Shown: one piece after another, positions 19,415-28,407 of the stretch | Layout: each line of letters opens with the position of its first letter | Position numbering within the stretch: the stretch's first letter is position 1 | Origin: Chlamydiota bacterium | GTDB taxonomy: Bacteria > Chlamydiota > Chlamydiia > Chlamydiales > Rhabdochlamydiaceae | Assembly: GCA_947505635.1 (NCBI GenBank) | Contig: CANNLR010000001.1 | Location: forward strand, 1-57,855 | Direction: 5' to 3' | DNA length: 57,855 bases | The notes under the pieces: model-generated | The model's database searches: none | Seen by the model: the letters and a program-made list of their open reading frames with translations, nothing else | What the model was told of the DNA's origin: nothing | Position numbers and translations under genes: made by a program

Positions 19415-20393
19415 TTTTCAAAACTAAAGATCCCTTTTTTTTACCCTCTTTAAGATCTTGCAACGCTTCGTTTGCAAGTTCAAGAGGGTAGGTATGAGTG
19501 ATAGTCTCAACAGGATGGTCTTTTATATAAGCAAAGAAGTCTTTTCCATTTTGTCTTGTTAAATGAGAAACTGTGGTAAGTACTTTTTCAAAGAAAAGAT
19601 CCTTATAAGGAAAAGAGGGGATGTCAGTCATATGAATCCCTGCAGAAATGCAAATACCACCCTTTTGCAGAACCTGTAAAGCTTGAACCATCAGTTCTCC
19701 TGCAGGAGCAAAAACAATCACAGCTTCTAAGGGTTCAGGGGGGATTTCATCAGAATCGCCAACCCAAACAGCCCCTAGTTTTTTAGCTAAAGCTTTTCCT
19801 TCTAAATCTCCTTTACGTGTGAAAACAAAGATCCTTTTGTTTTGCTCTTTGGCTATTTGTAATAAGATGTGAGCTGAAGAGCCAAACCCGTAAAAACCGA
19901 TAGTCTGAGCCCCTTTTGTAGCCAAGTAGGCTCTGAAGCCAATGAGTCCTGCGCAAAGTAGAGGGGCTAATGCAACAGCTGAAGTGAAATTGGGTAGAGC
20001 TAGAGCATACTTTGCATTACAAGTCGTGTACTCTGCATAACCTCCCTGTGTGTGATAACCGGTGAAGAGGGCTTTATCGCAAAGATTTTCTTTTTTTTTA
20101 AGGCAATAACAACATTCATTGCAGGTACAAGCTAGCCAAGGGATTCCAACGCGGTCCCCTACTTTCCAATCTTGAACCTTACCTCCTAATTGTTGTATTT
20201 TCCCAACGATCTGATGTCCTAAGATGAGAGGTTTTTTGTGTAGAGGAAGATCGCCTTCAAGGATGTGAAGATCAGTTCTACATACACCGCAAGCTTCTAT
20301 TTCTATAAGGAGTTCATCCTCTTTTGGAATGGGTATAGGGATATCTTGTAAGATGAGAGGCTGATTTTTGGCTATTAAGATCATGGCTTTCAT
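19407..20393 (-). CDS. Zinc-dependent alcohol dehydrogenase (AdhP-like)
   Basis: CGVCRTDLH, GHQ.VG, C..C..C.......C structural zinc site, LLCAG and G.YGFG motifs. Confidence 0.92.
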   Translation of the reverse strand: MKAMILIAKNQPLILQDIPIPIPKEDELLIEIEACGVCRTDLHILEGDLPLHKKPLILGHQIVGKIQQLGGKVQDWKVGDRVGIPWLACTCNECCYCLKKKENLCDKALFTGYHTQGGYAEYTTCNAKYALALPNFTSAVALAPLLCAGLIGFRAYLATKGAQTIGFYGFGSSAHILLQIAKEQNKRIFVFTRKGDLEGKALAKKLGAVWVGDSDEIPPEPLEAVIVFAPAGELMVQALQVLQKGGICISAGIHMTDIPSFPYKDLFFEKVLTTVSHLTRQNGKDFFAYIKDHPVETITHTYPLELANEALQDLKEGKKKGSLVLKIK

Positions 20394-20510
20394 TTATAAG
20401 GCTCATTGTATTGTTAATGTACTCTCTATAGCTCTTTTTATATTAAATTATCAAAATAAAAGTTATTTAATAAATAATATTATTGTCTTATAGGGAAATA
20501 AAATAGATAG

Positions 20511-20604
20511 ATAAGCCGAGGAATCCCTGTATATGCAAAAAATATCTATTGAAAAGGGGTCTTTAGCGGGATTGCCCGAACTGAAAACAGTATTTAATGT
20601 TTAA
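20511..20604 (+). pseudogene. Collapsed remnant of a third glycosyltransferase paralog
   Basis: Reads (ATA)SRG-IPVYAKNIY*, then KGSLAGLPELKTVFNV*. These match the start (MSRG), the GVPFYAKIIHW motif and the C-terminus of the two downstream genes. Confidence 0.8.
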
Positions 20605-20685
20605 CTGGGCCATATCTATTAAAAAACTTTAGTAAATATATTTTTTGTTTTATAAAAAAATAAAAAAACAGAAATAGGTAGATAG

Positions 20686-21444
20686 ATGAGCCGAGGAGTA
20701 CTTGTAGCCTCAGATTCTCACATGGAATGGCTATTGGAGTGGTGGTGGGAAAGATATTCTAGCTGCAATACACTTCCTGTTGTTTTTGTAGATTTAGGAA
20801 TGACAGATAAGTCTAAAGAGTGGTGTCAGGAACGGGGGCAGCTGCTTAGTGTGAGAGAAGTGGTTTTTTCGGAGGTTGTGATAAAAGAATGGGAAGAGAT
20901 TTATGGTTCTAGTTACGGGCAAGCTAGAAAGGCTTGGTTCAAAAAGCCGTTAGCTTGTTTATTGAGTCCTTTTGATGAGACTGTCTGGATGGACCTTGAT
21001 TGTGAAGTGTTAAGTTCTATTGAGTCTATCTTTTCTTATTTAGAGGAAGAGGATCTAGCTATTGCTTTAGATCGAGTGTCTGCTATTCCTGAAGGATTTT
21101 CTCCTGAGACTGATCCTGAGGATCGAATGCTTTTTAATGGAGGGGTAATCGCTTACCGTAAGGGGAGTGAGATTGTGAAAGAATGGGCTCGTATAGCTCT
21201 TATTGAGTCTCATTTGTACTGGGGAGATGATTATATCCTTTCAGCCATCATTCATCGACTACAAGGAAAAGTACAAGTTCTTCCTCCTATTTATAATTGG
21301 CGTCTTGCTGATGGGGTCCCTTTTTATGCTAAAATTATTCATTGGTGTGGCGAATGGGGAAAGGCCTGTATCCTTAAGCAAGGAGGACTGAAAGGTCTTC
21401 TTGATGGCTTGCCTGCATTAAAAAAGGTGTTTGAATCTACATAA
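20686..21444 (+). CDS. GT-A fold glycosyltransferase (GT8-like), copy 1
   Basis: WFKKP, DxD motif (WMDLDC), FNGGV, GDD, LPPIYN and IIHW motifs. Confidence 0.75.
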   Translation: MSRGVLVASDSHMEWLLEWWWERYSSCNTLPVVFVDLGMTDKSKEWCQERGQLLSVREVVFSEVVIKEWEEIYGSSYGQARKAWFKKPLACLLSPFDETVWMDLDCEVLSSIESIFSYLEEEDLAIALDRVSAIPEGFSPETDPEDRMLFNGGVIAYRKGSEIVKEWARIALIESHLYWGDDYILSAIIHRLQGKVQVLPPIYNWRLADGVPFYAKIIHWCGEWGKACILKQGGLKGLLDGLPALKKVFEST

Positions 21445-21456
21445 TCGGATGAACAG

Positions 21457-22212
21457 ATGAAAAGAGGTGTTATTGTCGGATCAGATTCTCATTTGGAATG
21501 GTTATTGCCTTGGTGGTGGGAAAGATATAGCTGTTGTAACCAGCTTCCTGTTGTTTTTGTAGATTTTGGGATGACATCACAAGCTAGAGATTGGTGTCAA
21601 GAAAGAGGAGAGCTGCTTGCTGTGACAGAGAGTTTTTCTTCGATCGTAATCAAAAAAGAGTGGGAGAACCTTTATGGTTCTAGTTACAGCCAAGCCAGAA
21701 AAGCTTGGTTTAAAAAACCTTTAGCTTGTTTATTAAGCCCGTTTGAAGAAACCGTCTGGATAGATCTTGACTGTGAGGTGTTAAGCTCTATAGAGCCAAT
21801 ATTTTCTTACTTAGAAGAAAAAGAGCTAGCCATTGTTCGAACAGATGATGCAATTCCGGAAGGTTTTTCTCCTAAGGTGAAAGGATTTGAAAATCCATTG
21901 ATTTTCAATGGGGGTGTAATTGCTTTTCGTAAGGGAAGCAAGCTTGTTCAAGAGTGGGCCCGTATAACACTTGATGAATCTCACTTATATTGGGGAGATG
22001 ATTATATACTTTCTCTTCTTATTCATCAGTGGGAAGAAAAAGTACAGATTCTTCCTCCTATTTATAATTGGCGTCTGGCAGAAGGGGTTCCTTTTTACGC
22101 AAAAATCATTCACTGGTGTGGGGAGTGGGGAAAAGAGTATATTGCTAAACAAGGTGGATTAAAAGGGTCTCTTGAAAAGATACCTGATTTGAAAAAAGTA
22201 TTTGATTCTTGA
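21457..22212 (+). CDS. GT-A fold glycosyltransferase (GT8-like), copy 2
   Basis: Colinear close paralog of the upstream gene with the same motifs (WIDLDC). Confidence 0.75.
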   Translation: MKRGVIVGSDSHLEWLLPWWWERYSCCNQLPVVFVDFGMTSQARDWCQERGELLAVTESFSSIVIKKEWENLYGSSYSQARKAWFKKPLACLLSPFEETVWIDLDCEVLSSIEPIFSYLEEKELAIVRTDDAIPEGFSPKVKGFENPLIFNGGVIAFRKGSKLVQEWARITLDESHLYWGDDYILSLLIHQWEEKVQILPPIYNWRLAEGVPFYAKIIHWCGEWGKEYIAKQGGLKGSLEKIPDLKKVFDS

Positions 22213-22213
22213 G

Positions 22214-24226
22214 TTAGGCAGGATCAAGAGTTTGGTAAGAGACGATTTTTAATAGATTTTGAGGGATTTCAAAGAGGAATCTTGAAGGAGAGGTGACTAT
22301 TTTTTTCCCCATCTTTTTTCGTTCTCTTGCCATGCTTAATATTAAGTGTTTTTTAGCTCGAGTCATAGCCACGTACATGAGCCTTCTTTCTTCTTCGAGC
22401 CCGGATTGAGTTACGCTTTTTTCATGTGGCATAAGATGGTCTTCTAGGCAGACAAGAAAACACACTTCAAATTCAAGCCCTTTAGCGCTATGAATTGTCA
22501 TGAGATGTACTTTGTCATCTGTATTTTCTTTTAGTTTTTTTGGTCCTGGCTGAGATTGGAGTAGAGTTGTGCTTAAAAAATCTTGTAATGTTGGAGTTGG
22601 GTCTAATAGATCTTTCTTCTTTTCTTCTTCATAAGAGCTTAGAGCATCTATGCAACTTAAGACGTTATCCCACTTAAATTCTCTCATTTTTTCACTTTTG
22701 GCATCATCTTTAATTGATTTTTTATACTCGATTTCTTCGATGAAAGCTTCTAGTGTTTTATGAAGAGGTCCTGTTTGGAATTTTTCTTTTGTTCTTTCTA
22801 TGAGAGTGAGAAAGTTTTCAATCCCTGTGAGAGCTTTAACGGATAGATCGTCTCGTAAGGGAGAAAATAGATCGGTAGAAGAAAGAAGTACATCCCAAAG
22901 GGGGATTCCTTGAGAACGGTTATGCTGGGTTAGTAGATCTAGACATTTTTCAGAAATACCTCTTCTCGGGACATTAATTATTCGTAAAAGAGCCTCTTCA
23001 TCTTCTGGATTTTCCATAATACGAAGGTAGGCTAGGAGGTCTTTGATCTCTGCTCTTTCGTAAAATTCTGTCCCTCCAAAGACTTCGTAGGGGATCCCTC
23101 TTTTCCAGGTTCCATTTTCTTCCCAAGCAGCCTGAGCAAGGGTGGTCTCAAATGTTCTGGATAGGGCATTTGATCTATATAAGATAGCCATGTCCTTCCA
23201 GCGAAGGTTTTTGTTTTTTTTATACCAAGCAAGTCTCTGTGCTACGGATTGAGCTTCTTCAAGTTCTGTCGGCGCATGGAAAAGAACAATAGGTTCGCTA
23301 GTTGTTTGGCTGCTCCAAAGTTCTTTGCGATGCCTTTCATTGTTGTGCGCAATCAAATGATTAGCTGCTTGGAGAATGTGCGGAGTTGATCTGTAATTTT
23401 GCTCTAGCTTGATGGTTACGTCAGAAGGAAAGTTAAGAATATTTTTAATCTCAGCTCCTCTCCACCCATAGATTGACTGATCATCATCTCCGACAACACA
23501 AAGATTGTTATATTTCCCAGATAGGAGTTTTGCAAGTTTGTATTGGACGGGGTTGGTGTCTTGATACTCATCAATCATAATGTATTGATATTTGTGTTGA
23601 AATCGTTCTAACACTTCGGGATGTTCTTCAAAAAGTTGGACGGTTAGGGTGAGGAGGCTGTCAAAGTCAACGGCATTATAAGACCTCATACATAGGTGTA
23701 ATCTTTGTAAAAGATCTTTATTAAAGTTTTGAGACCAGCTTCCGGGAATTTCATCTTCGTCTTCAATTTCTGTAAGGCCTTGATTTTTAGAATGAGCGAT
23801 TTTTTGTATCGTTGCTTGGAGTGAAGGTAAGTCTCCCTCATGCTCTAAAGAGTATCTGACAATATTGGTTAACACCCGTTTGACATCTTTTTCATCATAG
23901 AGGCTAAATTGAGAGGTGAATCCTAAGTGATGAATCTCTTTTCTAAGAAGCTGCATGCAGAAGCTATGGAAGGTGCATAAGGTCACTTGTTCTGCTATTT
24001 TAGGAGAAATGAGTTTGCCTACTCGTTCTTTCATTTCTTTAGCGGCTTTATTAGTGAAAGTAAGCCCCAAGATTTTTTGGGGATCGATTTTTAATTCTTC
24101 AATAAGATAAGCGATGCGACAAGCAAGTACACTTGTTTTTCCACTCCCAGCGCCTGCTAGTACAAGAACTTTCCCTGCGGTTGTTCGTACAGCTTTTTTT
24201 TGCTCTGGGTTTAATGTGGTAAGCAC
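22214..24226 (-). CDS. uvrD: UvrD/PcrA/Rep superfamily I DNA helicase
   Basis: AGAGSGKT, TFTNKAA, DEYQD, GDDDQSIY, QNYRS, HSAKGLEF and EERRL.YVA.TRA motifs. Confidence 0.93.
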   Translation of the reverse strand: MLTTLNPEQKKAVRTTAGKVLVLAGAGSGKTSVLACRIAYLIEELKIDPQKILGLTFTNKAAKEMKERVGKLISPKIAEQVTLCTFHSFCMQLLRKEIHHLGFTSQFSLYDEKDVKRVLTNIVRYSLEHEGDLPSLQATIQKIAHSKNQGLTEIEDEDEIPGSWSQNFNKDLLQRLHLCMRSYNAVDFDSLLTLTVQLFEEHPEVLERFQHKYQYIMIDEYQDTNPVQYKLAKLLSGKYNNLCVVGDDDQSIYGWRGAEIKNILNFPSDVTIKLEQNYRSTPHILQAANHLIAHNNERHRKELWSSQTTSEPIVLFHAPTELEEAQSVAQRLAWYKKNKNLRWKDMAILYRSNALSRTFETTLAQAAWEENGTWKRGIPYEVFGGTEFYERAEIKDLLAYLRIMENPEDEEALLRIINVPRRGISEKCLDLLTQHNRSQGIPLWDVLLSSTDLFSPLRDDLSVKALTGIENFLTLIERTKEKFQTGPLHKTLEAFIEEIEYKKSIKDDAKSEKMREFKWDNVLSCIDALSSYEEEKKKDLLDPTPTLQDFLSTTLLQSQPGPKKLKENTDDKVHLMTIHSAKGLEFEVCFLVCLEDHLMPHEKSVTQSGLEEERRLMYVAMTRAKKHLILSMARERKKMGKKIVTSPSRFLFEIPQNLLKIVSYQTLDPA

Positions 24227-24229
24227 GAG

Positions 24230-24661
24230 CTACTCCTTAGGCAGAGTTGAAAGAAATTCAAGAAAATCTGCAAGGACTTGCTCCTTTTGGATATTTGTTC
24301 GAGGAAGGCGAGGGGAAACATTTATTTGTAGTCCCTCGGGGACTTCTTCGTATATTTCTCGAAATACTTCTCGGACTAAACGCTTGAATCGATTCCTGTC
24401 GTGAGCTTTGCCGTATTTTTTCGATACAGTAATTCCTAGTCTACAAGGGGCTTTTCCTTTATAGTATTGAAAGAAAAGCACCTTGCTAGGAAACCGCACG
24501 CCTCTTGTAAAAACTTGTTGAAAGTATTTACGAGAAAGAATGCGTAAAGCTTTAGGGAACCCAAGTCCTAGGCGGTAGTTAGTTTTCTGCGGCCTTGTCT
24601 TCTTCTGCGGTTGATGATTATCCGCCCCTTGGCCGTTTTCATCCTTTTGCGAAATCCACAT
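24230..24661 (-). CDS. rnpA: Ribonuclease P protein component (start uncertain; the only canonical start lies inside rpmH)
   Basis: [25 protein letters not shown] (RNR motif); lies downstream of rpmH. Confidence 0.9.
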   Translation of the reverse strand: MWISQKDENGQGADNHQPQKKTRPQKTNYRLGLGFPKALRILSRKYFQQVFTRGVRFPSKVLFFQYYKGKAPCRLGITVSKKYGKAHDRNRFKRLVREVFREIYEEVPEGLQINVSPRLPRTNIQKEQVLADFLEFLSTLPKE

Positions 24662-24705
24662 GCTTTTTGACGTTTAATTTTACTGGGTTGATAAGTTCGT
24701 TTCAT
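24568..24705 (-). CDS. rpmH: 50S ribosomal protein L34
   Basis: Manual translation [45 protein letters not shown] (below the ORF-track cutoff). Confidence 0.97.
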   Translation of the reverse strand: MKRTYQPSKIKRQKACGFRKRMKTAKGRIIINRRRRQGRRKLTTA

Positions 24706-24822
24706 GAAAAAATTCGCGCAAACTAAGAAGTTTTTGACTTCTTTGAGGAAGCGCGCTCCTCTATATATTGGTTAACACTAGGTCAGGATGTAATACCTGA
24801 AATTTCTTAAAAAATTGCACTT

Positions 24823-24851
24823 ATCCTAATAGAATCCATCTTATCTATCAA
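24823..24851 (-). promoter_or_regulatory. Putative promoter of rpmH-rnpA-uvrD
   Basis: TTGATA-N17-TAGGAT on the minus strand. Confidence 0.5.
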
Positions 24852-24866
24852 GAGCAAAGTCAATAC

Positions 24867-24895
24867 TTGCCAAGAAATCAGCAGAAAGGTATAAG
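24867..24895 (+). promoter_or_regulatory. Putative promoter of rpmJ-rpsN
   Basis: TTGCCA-N17-TATAAG. Confidence 0.6.
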
Positions 24896-25025
24896 TATTG
24901 GTAACTTTTACAGTATCCGGGCTTTTTTACAGGCTCGTTTAAGGTTGTATAGGAATTTTTAAATCAAGTAACCGCAGGAGCGGCTTCCTTTTCACGCAAG
25001 TGGGAATGAGGCTGTTAAATTTTTT

Positions 25026-25163
25026 ATGAAAGTAAAAGCTTCTATTAAAGCAGATCCGTCCAAAGGGGACAAAATTGTAAGACGCAGAGGTCGGATTTAC
25101 GTTATCAACAAAATTGATCCAAATCGCAAGCAAAGACAAAAAGGTCCAGCTCGCAAAAAGTAA
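25026..25163 (+). CDS. rpmJ: 50S ribosomal protein L36 (zinc-free type)
   Basis: Manual translation [45 protein letters not shown]. Confidence 0.96.
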   Translation: MKVKASIKADPSKGDKIVRRRGRIYVINKIDPNRKQRQKGPARKK

Positions 25164-25181
25164 CAAGAGATTATACGTTAT

Positions 25182-25487
25182 ATGGCAAGAACATCTTCGA
25201 TTGCAAAGCAAAAGAAAAGAGAGAGAATGGTTGCCCTGAAGTGGGACAAAAGGCAACAATTGAAAAAAACTATTTTAGACCTCTCCATAAGTGAAGAAGA
25301 GCGTCACGAAGCTGTTGTCGCTCTTAATAAACTACCTAAGAATTCTTCTCCTGTCCGTCTGCGCAGCCGCTGCCAGATTACAGGAAGATCTAGAGGCTGT
25401 CTAAAGAAATTCAAACTATCCCGTCTTTGCTTCCGTGAGATGGCAAATAATGGTTTGATTCCCGGTGTAGTAAAATCTAGCTGGTAG
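25182..25487 (+). CDS. rpsN: 30S ribosomal protein S14 (long zinc-free type)
   Basis: 101 aa; [17 protein letters not shown]....F.LSR..FRE.A..G.IPGV.KSSW. Confidence 0.97.
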   Translation: MARTSSIAKQKKRERMVALKWDKRQQLKKTILDLSISEEERHEAVVALNKLPKNSSPVRLRSRCQITGRSRGCLKKFKLSRLCFREMANNGLIPGVVKSSW

Positions 25488-25493
25488 TTTCTC

Positions 25494-25531
25494 AAAAATA
25501 AGGCTTTTTAACAAAAAAGCCTTATTTTTTT
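25494..25531 (+). terminator. Intrinsic terminator after rpsN
   Basis: AAAAATAAGGCTTTTT-aaca-AAAAAGCCTTATTTTT followed by a T tract. Confidence 0.8.
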
Positions 25532-25574
25532 CTTTACGCACGTTCGTGTGAATTATTTTTTATAAAAATTAGAT

Positions 25575-26072
25575 TTAATGGGGTTGATAGAGAGCTCTTA
25601 TCGCATCTTTAGGCGAATGATCTTGATGGGATTGTAAAAAACATGACAATTCGAATCGGGCCTCAGTCATGTAAGACTCAAGATCATCTTCTGATAACCA
25701 TCGATTGATGCCTATATTTAGATATTCGTTATTAGTGGGGATGAGTATGATTTTTTTTGTTCGATCAAAGGATACTTGAGCTACTTGACTGGTTTTAGAA
25801 TTTTCTAATTTTTGCAACTCCTGAGTGCGGAGAAAGAGCTGTGCAGCTTGAGTGTTTTTTATAGCCTGTGAAACTCTTGTTTTAGAGGATCCTTTTGGTG
25901 TTACGAAAGGTTTGTATAATTCTTTTACTTTTTGGATCTGTATATTAAGGTCTTTTAGGGGGAAGTTTTCTTTAAGAGCCGATTTTTGGCTATTTTTTGT
26001 TGGGCTTGAGAGTTCTGAAGAGTTGTAACTTGAAAGTGTATTTGTTGAGGAATGACCTTGTAACGAATTCAT
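25575..26072 (-). CDS. Hypothetical protein; candidate effector with an RVxF-like segment
   Basis: AAGGA SD; Ser-rich N-terminus; C-terminal QVSF......LIP...EY......W....D.......A..E...LYQP. Confidence 0.7.
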   Translation of the reverse strand: MNSLQGHSSTNTLSSYNSSELSSPTKNSQKSALKENFPLKDLNIQIQKVKELYKPFVTPKGSSKTRVSQAIKNTQAAQLFLRTQELQKLENSKTSQVAQVSFDRTKKIILIPTNNEYLNIGINRWLSEDDLESYMTEARFELSCFLQSHQDHSPKDAIRALYQPH

Positions 26073-26115
26073 TTTGTCCTTATAGGTTTGATAGTGATTA
26101 ATTTAATTTATAAAG

Positions 26116-26559
26116 TTATGTGGGGAAGACTTTTGAAAAAGGGGTCCAGTTTGCAAGAGTTTCGTTCCAGACATAGGTTTCTTGAGATATTTTCCCTTCT
26201 TTCCAGCTGCGATAAAAAGCTTGAAAGCTCATAGGGCCTATGGTTTGACTATCTATGGAAAGATAGTACCAAAGTTTTTCTGCTGCAATAGGGTCTATAG
26301 AAAGTTCTGCATGGGGAGGGATATCTATTGTAGTAGAATGATCTTCTGTTGAAGAAGAGCTTTTCAGGGCTTTAAAGATTTTCTTTCTAAGTAAATATAA
26401 AGATAGACTCTTAAGAGCTGGGAGTAAAAAAATAAATATCAAGGCATAGGTTTTGCATAAACATCCTATTGCAAACCATATATAGGGGTTTTTTTTCATT
26501 CTTTTAGCGTAATAGGCTCCTGTTAAGCCAAAAGCTAACGTGTAAAAAAAGGGCCACAT
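26116..26559 (-). CDS. Membrane protein with C-terminal GYF_2 (DUF4339) domain
   Basis: Two N-terminal TM segments; WYY.......GP...........G.I...TYVW.E...NW pattern. Confidence 0.85.
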   Translation of the reverse strand: MWPFFYTLAFGLTGAYYAKRMKKNPYIWFAIGCLCKTYALIFIFLLPALKSLSLYLLRKKIFKALKSSSSTEDHSTTIDIPPHAELSIDPIAAEKLWYYLSIDSQTIGPMSFQAFYRSWKEGKISQETYVWNETLANWTPFSKVFPT

Positions 26560-26658
26560 AAGATTCTCCTATTTATTTTTAGAAGATCAACCTTTGCTCA
26601 AAGGAGATTTTCTGGTACAATGCTATCAGATTTAACAATTAAAAACGAGGTTTGATTT

Positions 26659-27099
26659 ATGCATGATCAGCTAAAAAGAATAGATAAAAAAGAGGTAGAC
26701 CTACCAGATACCATATTCATTAGGGATATTGAAACGAAGGTTTTTCAATCTATTATTATACAGTGTCTTGCTAAGATTGAAGGGGTGGCTTTGCTCGAGG
26801 GAAGTTTCATCGACAACTTGCTTGGGCGAGATGTAAATGATGGGGTAAAAGGGATTCATGTAGAACAAGATCCAAAGCAACACTCTATTCAAGTTAAAAT
26901 TGAAATTACAGTTGCCTATGGGGTGCCTATTCCTCAAAAAGCAGAGGAAATACAAGAGAAGATTGCAGAAGAGATCAGTCAATTGACAGAGTTACATGTA
27001 GGAAGTGTCCATGTAATTTTTAAAAACCTTATTCCTCACAAACACACATTTTCTGCAGGGGAAGAGCTAGCTACTTTAGGCTCGAGATACAATGGATAG
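26659..27099 (+). CDS. Asp23/Gls24 family envelope stress protein
   Basis: KGIHVE, V.YGVPIP.KA.EIQ.KI and LT.L.V..V.V patterns. Confidence 0.88.
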   Translation: MHDQLKRIDKKEVDLPDTIFIRDIETKVFQSIIIQCLAKIEGVALLEGSFIDNLLGRDVNDGVKGIHVEQDPKQHSIQVKIEITVAYGVPIPQKAEEIQEKIAEEISQLTELHVGSVHVIFKNLIPHKHTFSAGEELATLGSRYNG

Positions 27100-27105
27100 A
27101 GTGGG

Positions 27106-28374
27106 ATGATACACTTTTTAATGCGGTATAATAAATATTTTATTTTATTGAGTGTGGCTGCTGCCATTTTGCTCGGTATCGCAACTCCATTACTTTTTGG
27201 GCAGATTAAGTTTTTGGGAGATTTATTCATTAATCTTTTGAAACTCTTTGCTTTGCCTCTTATTTGCTCGGCCTTGATTTCATCTTTAGGAAACTTATCA
27301 GGAAATCTGGCCACCCTAAAATCCCTTGCGAAAAGATCTGTTGGGTATATGCTTCTTAGCGAGGTGATAGCTGTAGCTATTGCCCTTGGTCTTTTTACTG
27401 TTTTAAAGCCAGGCGTCGGGGGGAATCCTGATCTGATTTTGGATGGAAAAGCTTATGAGGTCATTCAACATCAAGGTTTTGGTGTTTCTGAGTTCCTCTT
27501 ATCTATTTTTCCTGACAACGTCTTTCGTGCTCTTGCTAATTTTGAATTACTTCCTGTTGTTGTATTTTCTATTTTGTTTGGCCTTGGGTGTTCTTTTGCA
27601 GGAGAAGTAACAAAGCCTTTAATTCGGTTGGCTGTTAGCGTTAGAGAGGCTTCTTCTAAATGTTTACATGGCGTTATGCTTTTAGCTCCTATTGGTATTT
27701 TTACTTTAGTTGGAGCGGGTGTTGCTCAATCCCACTTAAGTGGGGCTCTGCAAGAAAATTTTTCAGCTCTTCTTGCTTTTGTGAGCGTGCTTGTCTTAGG
27801 CCTTTTTTTGCATGGGCTTTGGCAGCTTTTGGCTGTTGCCTTTATATCTAAGCAAAAAATTCTTCATATTTTACATCGTAGTCTTCCTGTTTTTTCTACA
27901 GCCTTTGGAACTTCGAGTTCCGTTGCAACGCTTCCTATAGCGATGCTTACGGCGGATCAGTTAAAATCAAAGCCATTTGCTACAAAATTTGTATTGCCTT
28001 TATGCGCTTCGATTAACGTCGGTGGAATGATGATGTATGAGATGGGAGCTGCTTTATTTTTTTCTCAGATGCTCGGTATCGATCTGTCTTTATCAGAGCA
28101 ACTTTTGCTTGCCGTTGCTTGTATTTTAGGTGGCATGGCAGAAGGGGGGATTCCTGAGACAAGTATGGTAAGTCTTGTTGTTGTCTTTAGAATTGTTAAT
28201 ATTCCTCTTTCTGCTATTTCTATTTTACTGCCGCTAGATCGAATTATTGATCGATTACGTACCGTGGTTAATATTTTTGGTAACATGTGCGGAGCTATTA
28301 TAGTCAGTCAGTCAATGCCGGAAGAAGTAGAAGAGAATTTAGTAGATTTATCAAAAGAAAATATTTTGATATAA
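27106..28374 (+). CDS. Dicarboxylate/amino acid:cation symporter (DAACS family)
   Basis: TAFGTSSSVATLP, FVLPL..SIN..G and DRIIDRLRTVVN motifs. Confidence 0.92.
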   Translation: MIHFLMRYNKYFILLSVAAAILLGIATPLLFGQIKFLGDLFINLLKLFALPLICSALISSLGNLSGNLATLKSLAKRSVGYMLLSEVIAVAIALGLFTVLKPGVGGNPDLILDGKAYEVIQHQGFGVSEFLLSIFPDNVFRALANFELLPVVVFSILFGLGCSFAGEVTKPLIRLAVSVREASSKCLHGVMLLAPIGIFTLVGAGVAQSHLSGALQENFSALLAFVSVLVLGLFLHGLWQLLAVAFISKQKILHILHRSLPVFSTAFGTSSSVATLPIAMLTADQLKSKPFATKFVLPLCASINVGGMMMYEMGAALFFSQMLGIDLSLSEQLLLAVACILGGMAEGGIPETSMVSLVVVFRIVNIPLSAISILLPLDRIIDRLRTVVNIFGNMCGAIIVSQSMPEEVEENLVDLSKENILI

Positions 28375-28375
28375 G

Positions 28376-28403
28376 ATAAGGGGCGCTGTAAAGCGCCCCT
28401 TAT
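28376..28403. terminator. Bidirectional terminator between convergent genes
   Basis: ATAAGGGGCGCT-gtaa-AGCGCCCCTTAT. Confidence 0.85.
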
Positions 28404-28407
28404 TCAT

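Noticed and set aside
20511..20612. Riboswitch-like, GC-richer island upstream of the glycosyltransferases
   Set aside because: It is better explained as a collapsed glycosyltransferase paralog, and riboswitch consensus elements are incomplete.
24568..24705. Full Thermus-type overlap with rnpA starting upstream of rpmH
   Set aside because: The rnpA frame contains a TAA within the first codons of rpmH.
25026..25487. Zinc-free L36/S14 as a Zur-regulated paralog operon
   Set aside because: These forms are the normal chlamydial copies, and no Zur box was recognised.
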